Shown here: positions 8,916 through 18,578 of the stretch, piece after piece
Numbering within the stretch: the stretch's first letter is position 1
Layout of the letters: the number at the start of each line of letters is the position of its first letter
Source of the DNA: Parcubacteria group bacterium GW2011_GWD2_42_14
Lineage (GTDB): Bacteria > Patescibacteriota > Minisyncoccia > Phycocordibacterales > UBA12088
DNA length: 62,811 bases
Direction: 5' to 3'
Assembly (NCBI GenBank): GCA_000998045.1
Contig: LCCS01000002.1
Span: 1 to 62,811 of the forward strand
The notes under the pieces: generated by a model
Told to the model about the DNA's origin: nothing
Database searches by the model: none
What the model saw: only the letters and a program-made list of their open reading frames with translations
Program-made: the position numbers and the translations under genes

Positions 8916-9040
8916 TAGGACTTACGCAAGCGAACACATTTCATCGTTGTCCGTCACAAAATATCTCTCGTAGTATTATTCATACAACTCGCTCTATTTT
9001 GTTCGGACGCCTCGAACTGCGTCCACTTGCGTAAGTCCTA
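8916..9040 (+). repeat. 125-bp MITE-like palindromic element, copy A
   Basis: The terminal inverted repeats TAGGACTTACGCAAG and CTTGCGTAAGTCCTA are perfect 15-mers. The element is colinear with the equally long copy at 53223-53347. It starts 2 nt after the jag TAG stop. Confidence 0.7.
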
Positions 9041-9224
9041 TAAAAGAGAAACCAGAACCCGGGTCTACACAGACGGCGTACCACCCCTGCACAACAGCTG
9101 AGCTGTGTACGGGGCGAGCAGGAGTACTTCATTTTTCTAATTCGTTCCCCATAAGAAAAATTGGTCGCATCCGTTTTCCTAGGCTCTATAGGATCATCAA
9201 ACGTTTAGTTAAGAAAGATTCTGC

Positions 9225-9260
9225 AACAAAACACCGCACATTTCTGTGTGGTGTTTTGTT
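9225..9260. terminator. bidirectional terminator between convergent genes
   Basis: The stem AACAAAACACCGCACA / TGTGTGGTGTTTTGTT has a TTTC loop. Confidence 0.65.
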
Positions 9261-9276
9261 TGTTAAAGTGTATTAT

Positions 9277-10596
9277 TTACTCCTCTTCAGTTTCAGGTAC
9301 CTCAGCTGATGGTGTTGTGTGTTTTTCAGGAAGTTTAAGTGCCCACAGCACGTTGTTCACTCTTGTTTTAAAGAGTACATAATTTTCTTGTGGACTCACC
9401 ACAATATCCACAATATCAAACTGCTCATCTGTAGCTTCAACAGGGTCAAAAAGTTTTTTCACAACACCAGTCCCTGTGTCTAGGCGCCACAATACATCAT
9501 CAGTACTGGTAAGACCCATATACCAATCTTCTAGGAACTCACCATGTATTTCTTCTCGAGGGATAGCGCAATATACATACCTTGATACTGGTCCCCAACT
9601 GCACTTCTCAACCAAAGTAGCCAAAGGAAGGTGTGTTGTGTCACCTGTTCCTAAATCTAAAACACGAAGTGAAAAAATAGAATTACCCGTCTCCTCAAGA
9701 GAGTACAGAATTTTCGTACCAGACGTGTTTGTTTTTGCTGCGAGGGCGATATTGTTCGCAAGCATAACAGAAGTACTTTTGGTGGTAGGGTTAATAGACC
9801 ATACTGCACCCTCTGCGTATGAGGAAGGGTTCGAATACACAAGTATTCTGTTTTGTGTTTCCCACGATACACTTAAATTCCGAAGCAGTGACTTCCAAAT
9901 CTGTGTCCGTGCACCAGTTAATACGTTCTCTAAATATCCTACTGAACCTTCGTTATTGGTGACTAGATAAAACAATTCGTTACCCTGAGGAGAAAATGCC
10001 ACGTCTTGTATTGTTTCAACCATTGGTCTTCCTGTAAACTCCACAGGTGGAACCCCACCCGTTGAGGTACCGTAAACCGCATAATTTATATAGGCAAACA
10101 TTTGTGTGCCACCTTCATCAAAATATCGTGAGATAGTAGAACTTCCATTTCTTGACCATTTTGCGTTACCAATACGAAGAATTGTTTTACTTGAAACGTT
10201 TACTTCATCACCTATAGTTGCAAGTGGTGTATCAAATACATGTCCATTTATCCTAGAGGTAAATCGTATGTACTCAACAACAGTACCTCCTTGCTCTCGC
10301 TCATATACTGCTGCTCCTGCGACAGGTATTTTAGTGACTGCACGAAATTCCGGCACTGGAGACCCTACTGCCCCATCCGGGACGAAACGCTCACTTGAAG
10401 TCCCGAACAAAAAATCGCTGTCAGAACTTGTTGCCTGTTGTCTTTCAGAACCTGTGTCACCAAAAGGATCTTGTTTTTCCTCTTCAGGTCCACTATTCCT
10501 AGCCAAAATGAACACTATTATAATAGCAAGTATCATTACTACTACGAGTGCAGCTGCTCCAGCAATAAGTTTGTTACTTTTTATAAAATCTAACAT
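9277..10596 (-). CDS. membrane-anchored beta-propeller-like protein (TolB/PD40-like); last gene of the T4SS-like operon
   Basis: An N-terminal transmembrane helix (AGAAALVVVMILAIIIVFILA) is followed by repeated beta-strand-rich blocks. The start overlaps the pilin gene stop by 7 nt. Confidence 0.5.
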   Translation of the reverse strand: MLDFIKSNKLIAGAAALVVVMILAIIIVFILARNSGPEEEKQDPFGDTGSERQQATSSDSDFLFGTSSERFVPDGAVGSPVPEFRAVTKIPVAGAAVYEREQGGTVVEYIRFTSRINGHVFDTPLATIGDEVNVSSKTILRIGNAKWSRNGSSTISRYFDEGGTQMFAYINYAVYGTSTGGVPPVEFTGRPMVETIQDVAFSPQGNELFYLVTNNEGSVGYLENVLTGARTQIWKSLLRNLSVSWETQNRILVYSNPSSYAEGAVWSINPTTKSTSVMLANNIALAAKTNTSGTKILYSLEETGNSIFSLRVLDLGTGDTTHLPLATLVEKCSWGPVSRYVYCAIPREEIHGEFLEDWYMGLTSTDDVLWRLDTGTGVVKKLFDPVEATDEQFDIVDIVVSPQENYVLFKTRVNNVLWALKLPEKHTTPSAEVPETEEE

Positions 10597-10991
10597 ATGT
10601 GTAATTGAATACTGGTTGTTTTAAAAATATTAATCTCAACCAGTTTAGGATTTATGGTGTACAGTATGGTGATAGAAGCGAGGACTATCAATAGTCCAAC
10701 GATTGCTTGAGTTATTTGTTCCTTTGCACCACTTATTTTAAAGACAGACTCACTCGTCATGTACTTAAAACCTCCTATGGCAAGCATAATGACCGCAAGT
10801 ACTGCAGCTACTGCAACTGAAATAGCAAAAAGAAGATTAAGAAAACCTTCCATTCCTCCAGCAAGCCAGTTGTTTGAGTCTGCTTGGGGGAGTGATGGTG
10901 AAAGAGGAACAAACTCGGCAGCCCTCAGGGTTATCGGAAAAACATACAACAAATATGTACCTAGTATCCAAAATAGTGATTTTTGTATCAT
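10590..10991 (-). CDS. VirB2/TrbC-like T4SS pilin candidate
   Basis: The 133-aa product has a signal-like N-terminus (...ITLRAAE) and then two hydrophobic helices (FLNLLFAISVAVAAVLAVIMLAIGG and AIVGLLIVLASITILY). The gene overlaps both neighbouring genes. Confidence 0.55.
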   Translation of the reverse strand: MIQKSLFWILGTYLLYVFPITLRAAEFVPLSPSLPQADSNNWLAGGMEGFLNLLFAISVAVAAVLAVIMLAIGGFKYMTSESVFKISGAKEQITQAIVGLLIVLASITILYTINPKLVEINIFKTTSIQLHIC

Positions 10992-12040
10992 AGTGCGTCT
11001 GTGTCAGGGTTAATATCCCTCCACGTATCATTTAGTCCAAAATCAACCGTAAGGTCTGCACGTCCGTTTTGGAGCCAGTATGCAGTATTTTGAATAACCA
11101 AGTTTACTAATGCAGTACCACTACCAACCCCTTCGGAACCGAGAGAAATACTTCCAGGGCTTGTGTATTTTTTCCCTGAAATGGTCCATGTGTAGGTGAG
11201 TGCAGGATCCGTTCGTGTGGATGCGCTTATATAGTATGGTTCTGCCACTACCGTAGTCTCCCTGTCGGATATACCATGTGTGCCTGCAATAGCTCTGTCG
11301 TACCGTATACCTATAAGAGGACTGTCTTCATATAGAATCACTGAAGGTTGGTTTGCTGGGATAACAAACTTTTTACCTACACGCACTACTCCTTTTGGAT
11401 CTTTTACAAGGAGATTAATAGTGAAAACTTCAAAGGGTTTATCATTTATTAAGGTTACTGAATGTTTACCTTTCCCTGAGATTTGAGGAATGGTAGAGTA
11501 ATTTGTTGACCACGAATACGAAAGTTCTTCTGCTGTGTACGCAACTCCTTTTGCACTTAAAACAGTAGGTAGTGCAACAATCACTACCTCAGAACCAGGT
11601 GTTTGTAGTGCCCTCCCTTGATAGAAGGGTGGTGTGTACGTCCGAGCTTCCCATACAACACTTACATCTCCTACGTGTATAACATTCTCTGCTGAAACTC
11701 GAAATCCTGATGCATCTTCAGCAACTACAGTTATTTTGGAAACACTCCCCACTTCACCAATTGTATATGTTACCTCCTTTTGAGAATATGACTGCTGGAT
11801 AATTTCTCCATTTAAACGCCATGTTATAAGGGCAGTGTCGCTATCAAGACTCGATGCATGAAGTTTTGCTTTAACCGTCTGTCCTGGGGCAGGATATTTT
11901 GGAGTAATTTCTATGGTTGCTTTTGTCATACCAGGCTGTACCTGAGCGCTCAGCAGGTGTGTCGTTGTAAACACCGCACCCGTAGCCACCACGAGTGTTA
12001 TTAATAAAGCGAGATATTTTAGATTTGTTTTGCTATACAT
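10988..12040 (-). CDS. secreted protein with Ig-like beta-sandwich repeats
   Basis: It has a signal peptide (LALLITLVVATGAVFTT) followed by repeated beta-rich modules. It lies in the operon with a 4-nt overlap to the next gene. Confidence 0.55.
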   Translation of the reverse strand: MYSKTNLKYLALLITLVVATGAVFTTTHLLSAQVQPGMTKATIEITPKYPAPGQTVKAKLHASSLDSDTALITWRLNGEIIQQSYSQKEVTYTIGEVGSVSKITVVAEDASGFRVSAENVIHVGDVSVVWEARTYTPPFYQGRALQTPGSEVVIVALPTVLSAKGVAYTAEELSYSWSTNYSTIPQISGKGKHSVTLINDKPFEVFTINLLVKDPKGVVRVGKKFVIPANQPSVILYEDSPLIGIRYDRAIAGTHGISDRETTVVAEPYYISASTRTDPALTYTWTISGKKYTSPGSISLGSEGVGSGTALVNLVIQNTAYWLQNGRADLTVDFGLNDTWRDINPDTDAL

Positions 12041-12108
12041 AGGTTATTAAAAGTATACAACAGACTCCCGTATTTTTTTGACTGCATTGAGGATAACCAG
12101 AAAAGACT

Positions 12109-12732
12109 TCATACATGTATTTTGTTTAACAAGTTTATTTGTTGTGTTGTTTTGTGTAAGAGCTCAGAATCCTTGAGTGTGTCCTCTGCTCGTGAAATCA
12201 CAACATGACGCCAAACCATAAATGTGATACCAGGAAGTAAATCTAGTCCAGGAATATGTTCAACAATGATTGAGCCCATATTTACTAACACCCGTTGAGC
12301 GCTCCCGAAAGTCCATATGTTCACTCCTTTTATAAAAAACCAGATAGTAAAGAAAAGGTATGCTAGTATTGAGGCAACGAATGAACCAATCATATATAAA
12401 GGTGGGCCAAAAATTAGTGCTGAACCGCCACCAAATAATGCGATTTTTACAGTATCTTTTGCAGCACGACCTCCTATTCTTGTATAAGCGGTACCTTTAA
12501 TTCCCCAACCAGCTACAGTGTTCCAAAAACCCCCCTCCTCTATAGCCTTATCTGCTTTGGAAAGATTAGTCACGTCTTCAGAATAATTTCCCATCCCCAA
12601 ACTTGATATTACAAAAAAACCAACAACAACTAACAGGATTATGGGAAGAAGGTCAAAAAATACCCCGAAACCAAGCATAATTCTCCCTGTTGATTTTGAG
12701 ATTCGCTGTTGTGAAGGTAGTTTTGTTTGCAT
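12109..12732 (-). CDS. integral membrane protein of unknown function
   Basis: About four hydrophobic helices are visible. It lies between the VirB4-like ATPase gene and the Ig-like protein gene. Confidence 0.55.
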   Translation of the reverse strand: MQTKLPSQQRISKSTGRIMLGFGVFFDLLPIILLVVVGFFVISSLGMGNYSEDVTNLSKADKAIEEGGFWNTVAGWGIKGTAYTRIGGRAAKDTVKIALFGGGSALIFGPPLYMIGSFVASILAYLFFTIWFFIKGVNIWTFGSAQRVLVNMGSIIVEHIPGLDLLPGITFMVWRHVVISRAEDTLKDSELLHKTTQQINLLNKIHV

Positions 12733-12750
12733 ACGTTTATACGATACTCA

Positions 12751-14601
12751 TTATAGTTGAACTGTCTGTTCAGTATCACCACTCTCGAGTCCGTCACGTT
12801 CTTTTTTAATTGCGAGGAGTTGAGATGGGTCTGAGGTGATAATCTGGTCTTCTGTGTACGAAGCAATTATTTTAATAGCAACATGCTTACTTCCTGCGAA
12901 GAATATACCTTCTCCTACCTGTGACTCAAGGAGAAGGTATTTCTCTTCATCTGTTAAGTTAAATGTTGCCTGAATCCTATCAATTGCCGTTGCAGACTGC
13001 TTAAGGAGGATTTGTATAGATGAGTTCGTAATCATCGGTACACCGTAGGGAGACTTTAGGAAGTCATCGACGTCTTGGGTGATGGTAGCAAGTCCTAGGT
13101 AGTACTTCCTACCACGTTTTGCCACACTATAGAGGAATCCCGCCGTATCGTCACTCTTCATCATAAACCATGCCTCATCTACCACGAGGAGTCGTTTTTT
13201 AAGTTCACGACGAACCGCTGTCCAGATGAAGTTGGTGACAATGTACATCGCAGCTGGTTTCAAATCTTCTTCCATATCACGTACAGAGAAGACCACGAAT
13301 TTTTGGTTGATATCTACGTTTGTTGGCCTGTTGATGAAACCTGCCCATGTACCCCTTGTGTACTTCGTAAGGCGAAGGAGTAGTGAGTCACTTCCCTCCA
13401 TACCACTTAACACAAGTTCAAGGTCAGAGAGTAGTGGGGGGACAAGGTTTGAGAAGTCTGTGGTTCCTGTGATGTCTTTGAGTGCGTATGTTTCAGTTAT
13501 TGCACGGTCAATCATTGCATCTTCCTCGGGAGACAATCCTCCCAACATGATGCGAAACAGTCCAACCAAAGTGATAATGTTTTGTCGCAAAATATCGGAG
13601 GGGTTTTCATCCTCATGCACGACAGGTAAGTCAAATGGATTGATATGGTGCTCAGAAGAGAGAGAAATATTGAAGTACCTTCCACCTGTAGCGCTTGCCA
13701 TGTACTCATACTCACGTTCAGGGTCGATCACAATAACCTCAGTTTCAAACATAAGTGAACGGAGTACCTCAAGTTTCATAGTGTAGCTTTTTCCTGCTCC
13801 CGATTTTGCAAAAAGCACCGAGTTGTAGTTTTCCATTGAATACCGGTCAAAAAGCACTAGCGAACTATTATGAAGGTTTATACCGTACAACACTCCATTT
13901 TCTGCAGTAAGGTCAAAAGAAATGAAGGGGAAAATTGAAGAAAGTGGTGAGCTATTGAGTTTACTGTGTACAAAAATCTCATCCGTGCAAAGTGGGAGGA
14001 CGCTTCGGTACCCTTGATCTTGTTGAAAGAGTGCTGGTTTTAAGTAAATGAGTTGTGATTCAAGCATTGATTTCATTTCATCCTCCACCTTATCAAGGGC
14101 TTCTTTATTATCGGCATAGACAGAAATATAGACACCTACATCAAAGAGTCGTTGTTCCGCTTGTTGAAGTGAGTCTCGAAGTGTTTCAAGGTTTTCATGG
14201 GCGGCGTCAAGCATTGGGTCTCGAACCATACCTCGTGCTTCTCGTTCATGAATTTGACTTTGCACCTCCGCAACTTTCTTCTGAAATTTCTTAAGCATCG
14301 GTGCTGTGTCGATAGGGTGTATAAAAATGGAGACATCAAATACATTTTCCAAGTTTATTATAGGAGAAAACCAGTTTTCAGTTAGGTACCTAGGATATGA
14401 AATGATAAAAAAGGTTCTCGCCACTTGCTCGCCCAGGTTTATTTCATTAGGGGTTATTTGGAGTGCAGAAGGGGCAAGTACATCTTTTAACTCGAGATTG
14501 GTCACTTCATACACATCACTTGGAACGATTGACCCAAAGTTGACTTCTTCAACACCCTCTTTCTTTTTGTTGAATGAAAATAACCCCATACTATTTTTCA
14601 T
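12751..14601 (-). CDS. virB4: VirB4/TrbE-family T4SS ATPase (C-terminal roughly 615 aa)
   Basis: Walker A is LFAKSGAGKSYTMK and Walker B is LLVVDEAWFMM. The N-proximal segment APSALQITPNEINLGEQVARTFFIISYPRYLTENWF is typical of Gram-positive VirB4 proteins. The first 95 codons of the track ORF overlap the upstream gene and look non-coding. Candidate starts are ATG 14601 and ATG 14589. Confidence 0.85.
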   Translation of the reverse strand: MKNSMGLFSFNKKKEGVEEVNFGSIVPSDVYEVTNLELKDVLAPSALQITPNEINLGEQVARTFFIISYPRYLTENWFSPIINLENVFDVSIFIHPIDTAPMLKKFQKKVAEVQSQIHEREARGMVRDPMLDAAHENLETLRDSLQQAEQRLFDVGVYISVYADNKEALDKVEDEMKSMLESQLIYLKPALFQQDQGYRSVLPLCTDEIFVHSKLNSSPLSSIFPFISFDLTAENGVLYGINLHNSSLVLFDRYSMENYNSVLFAKSGAGKSYTMKLEVLRSLMFETEVIVIDPEREYEYMASATGGRYFNISLSSEHHINPFDLPVVHEDENPSDILRQNIITLVGLFRIMLGGLSPEEDAMIDRAITETYALKDITGTTDFSNLVPPLLSDLELVLSGMEGSDSLLLRLTKYTRGTWAGFINRPTNVDINQKFVVFSVRDMEEDLKPAAMYIVTNFIWTAVRRELKKRLLVVDEAWFMMKSDDTAGFLYSVAKRGRKYYLGLATITQDVDDFLKSPYGVPMITNSSIQILLKQSATAIDRIQATFNLTDEEKYLLLESQVGEGIFFAGSKHVAIKIIASYTEDQIITSDPSQLLAIKKERDGLESGDTEQTVQL

Positions 14602-15259
14602 TTGATAATTCTGATAACGGAATTGGTCTATCGAGCTCCCCAATATTAAATAGTCGGTAGAACAGCTCAATAATTTCTTCCGTACCCAACTGTGCGGCAC
14701 GTACACCAGTTCTTGAGAGACCTTGCACCACCATAGCCACTCTTTGCTCAATCTGAGATCGGTACTCTTCAAAGAGTTGCATTGAAATGTGCACCTCACC
14801 CTTGTTCTGTGTTTTAAAGATGGAACCAAGACCTTTGGGGTTTGAAGACATTTCCAATGATGGTGGATTATATGGAACCACCACATAAAATCCTTTTGTC
14901 ATAATACTTGCTCCTCCTACAAAACCTCGAACAAAGTCCATGTACTCTCGAACCTGAATTTTCATTAGTTCTGTCTGCTGCTTGTCCAATTGTTGCTCGA
15001 GTAGAGCGAGGTAGGGTCGTATATCCAACTCTCTTGATTGAATAAAAATTTGAATAGAAAAATCAAGAGAGTTTAAAAAGTTTTCAAATTGCTTAAGTAT
15101 AGCAGTCTGTTCATCCTCACTCTTAAGCACTATGTTTATAGAGGATGCCATAAGCACAGCACGCACCGTACCATCTTTAAGTACCATAATACCATCCCGC
15201 ACTTGCTCTATCGGCACGAAATCTTGACTTGGCTTGGCTCTTGATGATGCTTGTGACAT
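14591..15259 (-). CDS. protein resembling the extreme N-terminal region of Gram-positive VirB4 ATPases, encoded separately
   Basis: The segment FVPIEQVRDGIMVLKDGTVRAVLMASSINIVLKSEDEQTAILKQFENFL matches the N-terminal pattern of VirB4/Orf16-type proteins as I recall it. The start is ATG 15259, 4 nt after the upstream stop. Confidence 0.5.
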   Translation of the reverse strand: MSQASSRAKPSQDFVPIEQVRDGIMVLKDGTVRAVLMASSINIVLKSEDEQTAILKQFENFLNSLDFSIQIFIQSRELDIRPYLALLEQQLDKQQTELMKIQVREYMDFVRGFVGGASIMTKGFYVVVPYNPPSLEMSSNPKGLGSIFKTQNKGEVHISMQLFEEYRSQIEQRVAMVVQGLSRTGVRAAQLGTEEIIELFYRLFNIGELDRPIPLSELSNEK

Positions 15260-15263
15260 GTAA

Positions 15264-15683
15264 TTAGTGTATTTTTTTATCGTTATCAAACAAATTGTTT
15301 GTGTCTAATGACCATGCGAGCTGTCTCAGCTTAGATTGTGACATGGTGACAGAAACTGGTCTTGTTGTGTGTGCTTTCTCTATATCCTCAGTAATGTGCT
15401 TTTTTTGAGTTTTTTTCCATAAATAGAGCTTACTTTTAACGGCGTAAAATGAGGCAGAGTACAGTATATTAATAAAAGGTCTTCCTTGAACTTTTACAAA
15501 GGTCAAAAGAAAAGCTAGAAATAGTATGGGGATTCCTACGAGAGCTGCTATAAAAAGACCAAATTTTATAAAAATAGCAACAGTAATACCAACACTTCCA
15601 AGAATATAAATTCCTTGTTTAAATGTAAGTGGACCAAATATTTTGTCCTCAACATCTATGAATTGTGGTACAGAAAATCTCAT
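15264..15683 (-). CDS. PrgI-family (VirB3-like) membrane protein
   Basis: MRFSVPQFIDVEDKIFGPLTFKQGIYILG is followed by two transmembrane helices. This is the characteristic N-terminus of PrgI-family proteins. Confidence 0.6.
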   Translation of the reverse strand: MRFSVPQFIDVEDKIFGPLTFKQGIYILGSVGITVAIFIKFGLFIAALVGIPILFLAFLLTFVKVQGRPFINILYSASFYAVKSKLYLWKKTQKKHITEDIEKAHTTRPVSVTMSQSKLRQLAWSLDTNNLFDNDKKIH

Positions 15684-15755
15684 ATGATACAAGTGCGCGT
15701 TTTAATAACCGCCGGATGAAGAATATATAATATGAACGACCCGCACCATCGTCCC

Positions 15756-16169
15756 CTACTCCTGCACCTGTGCTCGATACGGGTCTAAGCCCCCCTGCAC
15801 CCCCTCATTCGGTAGAGCGTTTGCGGAAGGTTTGTTAGTGTCTGCAACAGTACCTAAAGAAAGCAGAAGGGCTTCCCGAACAGGATTAAAAATATGTTGC
15901 ACTACACCTTCAAACAGTGCCGTTGCTTTTTGGGGGTCTATGGGGAGCTCTGATGTAACGAACACTTTGAAATCCTTGGTCGTCGAAAGTCCTGTTGAGG
16001 CAAGAGTAATTTGTTCAATGCACACTTTTTTGTCTTTCTCCCCAAGACCCGCAACTTCTGTAAGTGCGCGTATACTCTCTGTAGTGACATCCGAAAGAAT
16101 GATATCCTTCACTCCATCAGGAAGGCGCGCAAATCGTTCAGTTACAGTTTTTTGGTCAAATGTTTTCAT
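15756..16169 (-). CDS. hypothetical soluble protein within the T4SS-like operon
   Basis: The 137-aa product has no transmembrane segment. The start lies immediately after the upstream stop. Confidence 0.5.
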   Translation of the reverse strand: MKTFDQKTVTERFARLPDGVKDIILSDVTTESIRALTEVAGLGEKDKKVCIEQITLASTGLSTTKDFKVFVTSELPIDPQKATALFEGVVQHIFNPVREALLLSLGTVADTNKPSANALPNEGVQGGLDPYRAQVQE

Positions 16170-16170
16170 A

Positions 16171-18564
16171 TTACACGCTCATTTTGTTGGTATCATTAAA
16201 CCAGTTATGCAGTTTAACAATATTCTGTTGTTCTGGGGTTAAGTTTTCCGAAGTTTTGACAGGCTGTCCAGTTTTTGGGTCAATAATTTTGCTCGATTCT
16301 GTAGGAATTTTAATCTTTGCATACTCTTTTTCTACCGCTACCTTCATAGCTTCCCTCTTCTCTTGTGATAGTCCCACTTTGACCATTCCGGTAAGTGTTT
16401 GAGGGTCTATGTTTTGTACCACCTCACCTCGTTGAAGGAAGGATACATCGTGTTCAGCCAAATCTGCCGGCTTAGTCATTCGTATCTCATCCTTCAATGC
16501 ATCACCAGTCAAAGATTCAAAATGAGCTTTTCGAGTACCGATAAATGTACCTACGGTTGGTGCATCGAACATATCATCCTTATTTTCCTTAATTTGTTTA
16601 AAGGTTTGGTGTGACATGTGTGCAACAGCACCTGGGTTTTCTGCCAAGGCAACAGCATTTTCTTTTATATCTGAACTAGACATATCCCGAAGTGTTTTTA
16701 TGTATGCCTTCTTTGTTTCTGCGTCTTGCGTTGTGTTTACTGTACGAATTGCTTCCCGTTCTTTTTTGAAAGCTGCTTCAGTGAGCTGTCTCCTCTGCAT
16801 AGGAGTTGCACTTTCCTTAGCTGCCAATGCTGACGCATGTTTCTTACTGTACGCATTTATCATTTGAGGGGTATCGCCAGCTTTTCCAGAGTTTTCGCGA
16901 AGACGTTCAATTTCGGCCTGTGATGCGCTAGCAATTTTCCTCTTCGCGATATCATGTGCTGTTTTCTGGTTTTCAGCATAGTATTTGCTGTTAACAATGC
17001 CCGTTGCTTCTTTCAGCTCAGTATCTCTTCCTGTTTCATTAAGTTCTTTAATGCGTGCGTCAGAATTTTTCTTATTTGAAAGTTTCCTTTCCGCAAAACT
17101 ACTACCACCAAACTTCATACCTGCTCCTGCCCCAACAGCAGTACTAAGTCCACGATCAATTCTTCCTCCGGAGAGACCTCGTTTTAGTTTTGCCATTGGA
17201 GATTTATGTACATACTGACCATTTTCCATCCTGTTTGCTTCGGCCATGTCTTCAGCGTACTTTCTCTGAGCGCGTGATGAAGCCCACCCAACCGTATAAG
17301 CCCCTGCCAAACTCCCAGCTCCTATAGCCACACTCCGTGACCATTTCTCGCCGGTCTTAAGCACTGCGTCTGCTCCATGTGCCCCAAGTTTTTTCGCCAC
17401 AATAAGTCCTGCAATAAGAAAACCAATGACAGTAATAAACATTGTTGCGATTGAGATTGCAGAAGGGGAGACTGTGCCTACTGATCCTAGTGTTACGCCA
17501 GCATAACTGTTTGTATAGTCTCTTAAAATAACATAAGCTATCCACCAGCAGAGCAGTAGTGCAGGTGGAAAAATACTCTGATTGATGAGTGAATGCCACC
17601 ACGCGCGTCCTTGCCCTGAAACACCTGTTATCCAGAGCACAAGCGCAAGAGGTGAAACTATAAGTAGGAAGACAAGAATAATAAAACGAGCAATAAAAAG
17701 GAAGCCCGCCCCCCCAAACACAAATGCTAGCACTATAAACATAGCAGTTGCCATGAGATAGGTAAGGGTCATAGTCCAGTATAGACTGGTTTCATCACCA
17801 CCTTCTGGATCACCTGCTTTCAATGCCGAAAAATCAAAAATAGTAGTGATTTTGAGCTGAGTCCAAAAAGCCGAAGCAATACCATTGCTGATACACACCA
17901 CGTTGTTGTTCTCAATCGCTCCTGTGGACCTCACTCGTTCAGCACATTCTGCAGGTATAGTACCTGCCGCCTCAGACTGAAACATCAAGACTGTTTGAAT
18001 AGCTGTGAGATTAGATATATCTATTATCACTTTGGTAAACGTAACACTGAAGTTGACAAGTAGTGCTGCCAGTACCACCTTCCACAACATTTGCTTGGCC
18101 CCAAAACCCGAGATACCGAGAATAGTTGCAATACCTATGTAAACTGTTAAGAACACCAAAAACACATTAGTAATATCACGTATCGTTTTCCACGCGGTCA
18201 TGATAGCGTTCATTGACCGAACCACCTCACCCATTCCTACCACAAGCTCATTAAGTGCAAAGTTAAAAAAGAGTCCCATCCAACCCGCTATTTTGTAAGA
18301 AAGCGCCATCACATAATATGTCATAAAGGCGACACATCCAGCAAAAGAGCTAGTTGTGAGTTTTCCATCTTGGAAACAGCCCGTACTGGGTGCATAGCTT
18401 CCATCGTCTAGACCGTTTTCGGTAGCCTCTGCGAGGCTTTGACCTGTACCACTTTGAGCAAATGTAGTAAGTGGCGCAAGTGCGGGCAACACCACCGTAC
18501 TTGTTAGAAACAACACAAGTAGTGTCTGAGCAATATGTTTTTGATGTTTTTTAAAAAAGTTCAT
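16171..18564 (-). CDS. large polytopic membrane protein, VirB6/TrbL-like, with a long charged C-terminal tail
   Basis: A signal-like N-terminus is followed by at least 8 hydrophobic helices over about 450 aa and then a Lys/Ala/Glu-rich tail of about 330 aa. The VirB6 assignment rests on topology and context only. Confidence 0.45.
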   Translation of the reverse strand: MNFFKKHQKHIAQTLLVLFLTSTVVLPALAPLTTFAQSGTGQSLAEATENGLDDGSYAPSTGCFQDGKLTTSSFAGCVAFMTYYVMALSYKIAGWMGLFFNFALNELVVGMGEVVRSMNAIMTAWKTIRDITNVFLVFLTVYIGIATILGISGFGAKQMLWKVVLAALLVNFSVTFTKVIIDISNLTAIQTVLMFQSEAAGTIPAECAERVRSTGAIENNNVVCISNGIASAFWTQLKITTIFDFSALKAGDPEGGDETSLYWTMTLTYLMATAMFIVLAFVFGGAGFLFIARFIILVFLLIVSPLALVLWITGVSGQGRAWWHSLINQSIFPPALLLCWWIAYVILRDYTNSYAGVTLGSVGTVSPSAISIATMFITVIGFLIAGLIVAKKLGAHGADAVLKTGEKWSRSVAIGAGSLAGAYTVGWASSRAQRKYAEDMAEANRMENGQYVHKSPMAKLKRGLSGGRIDRGLSTAVGAGAGMKFGGSSFAERKLSNKKNSDARIKELNETGRDTELKEATGIVNSKYYAENQKTAHDIAKRKIASASQAEIERLRENSGKAGDTPQMINAYSKKHASALAAKESATPMQRRQLTEAAFKKEREAIRTVNTTQDAETKKAYIKTLRDMSSSDIKENAVALAENPGAVAHMSHQTFKQIKENKDDMFDAPTVGTFIGTRKAHFESLTGDALKDEIRMTKPADLAEHDVSFLQRGEVVQNIDPQTLTGMVKVGLSQEKREAMKVAVEKEYAKIKIPTESSKIIDPKTGQPVKTSENLTPEQQNIVKLHNWFNDTNKMSV

Positions 18565-18578
18565 ATTTTATTGCTCCC

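Noticed and set aside
8831-9034. A 67-aa ORF spanning the end of jag and the MITE-like element.
   Set aside because: It overlaps jag in another frame and runs through the palindromic repeat.
14602-14886. The N-terminal 95 codons of the 711-aa VirB4 track ORF (MWWFHIIHHHWKCLQ...).
   Set aside because: They overlap the upstream gene in another frame and have an implausible Trp/His/Cys-rich composition. The real start is at 14601 or 14589.
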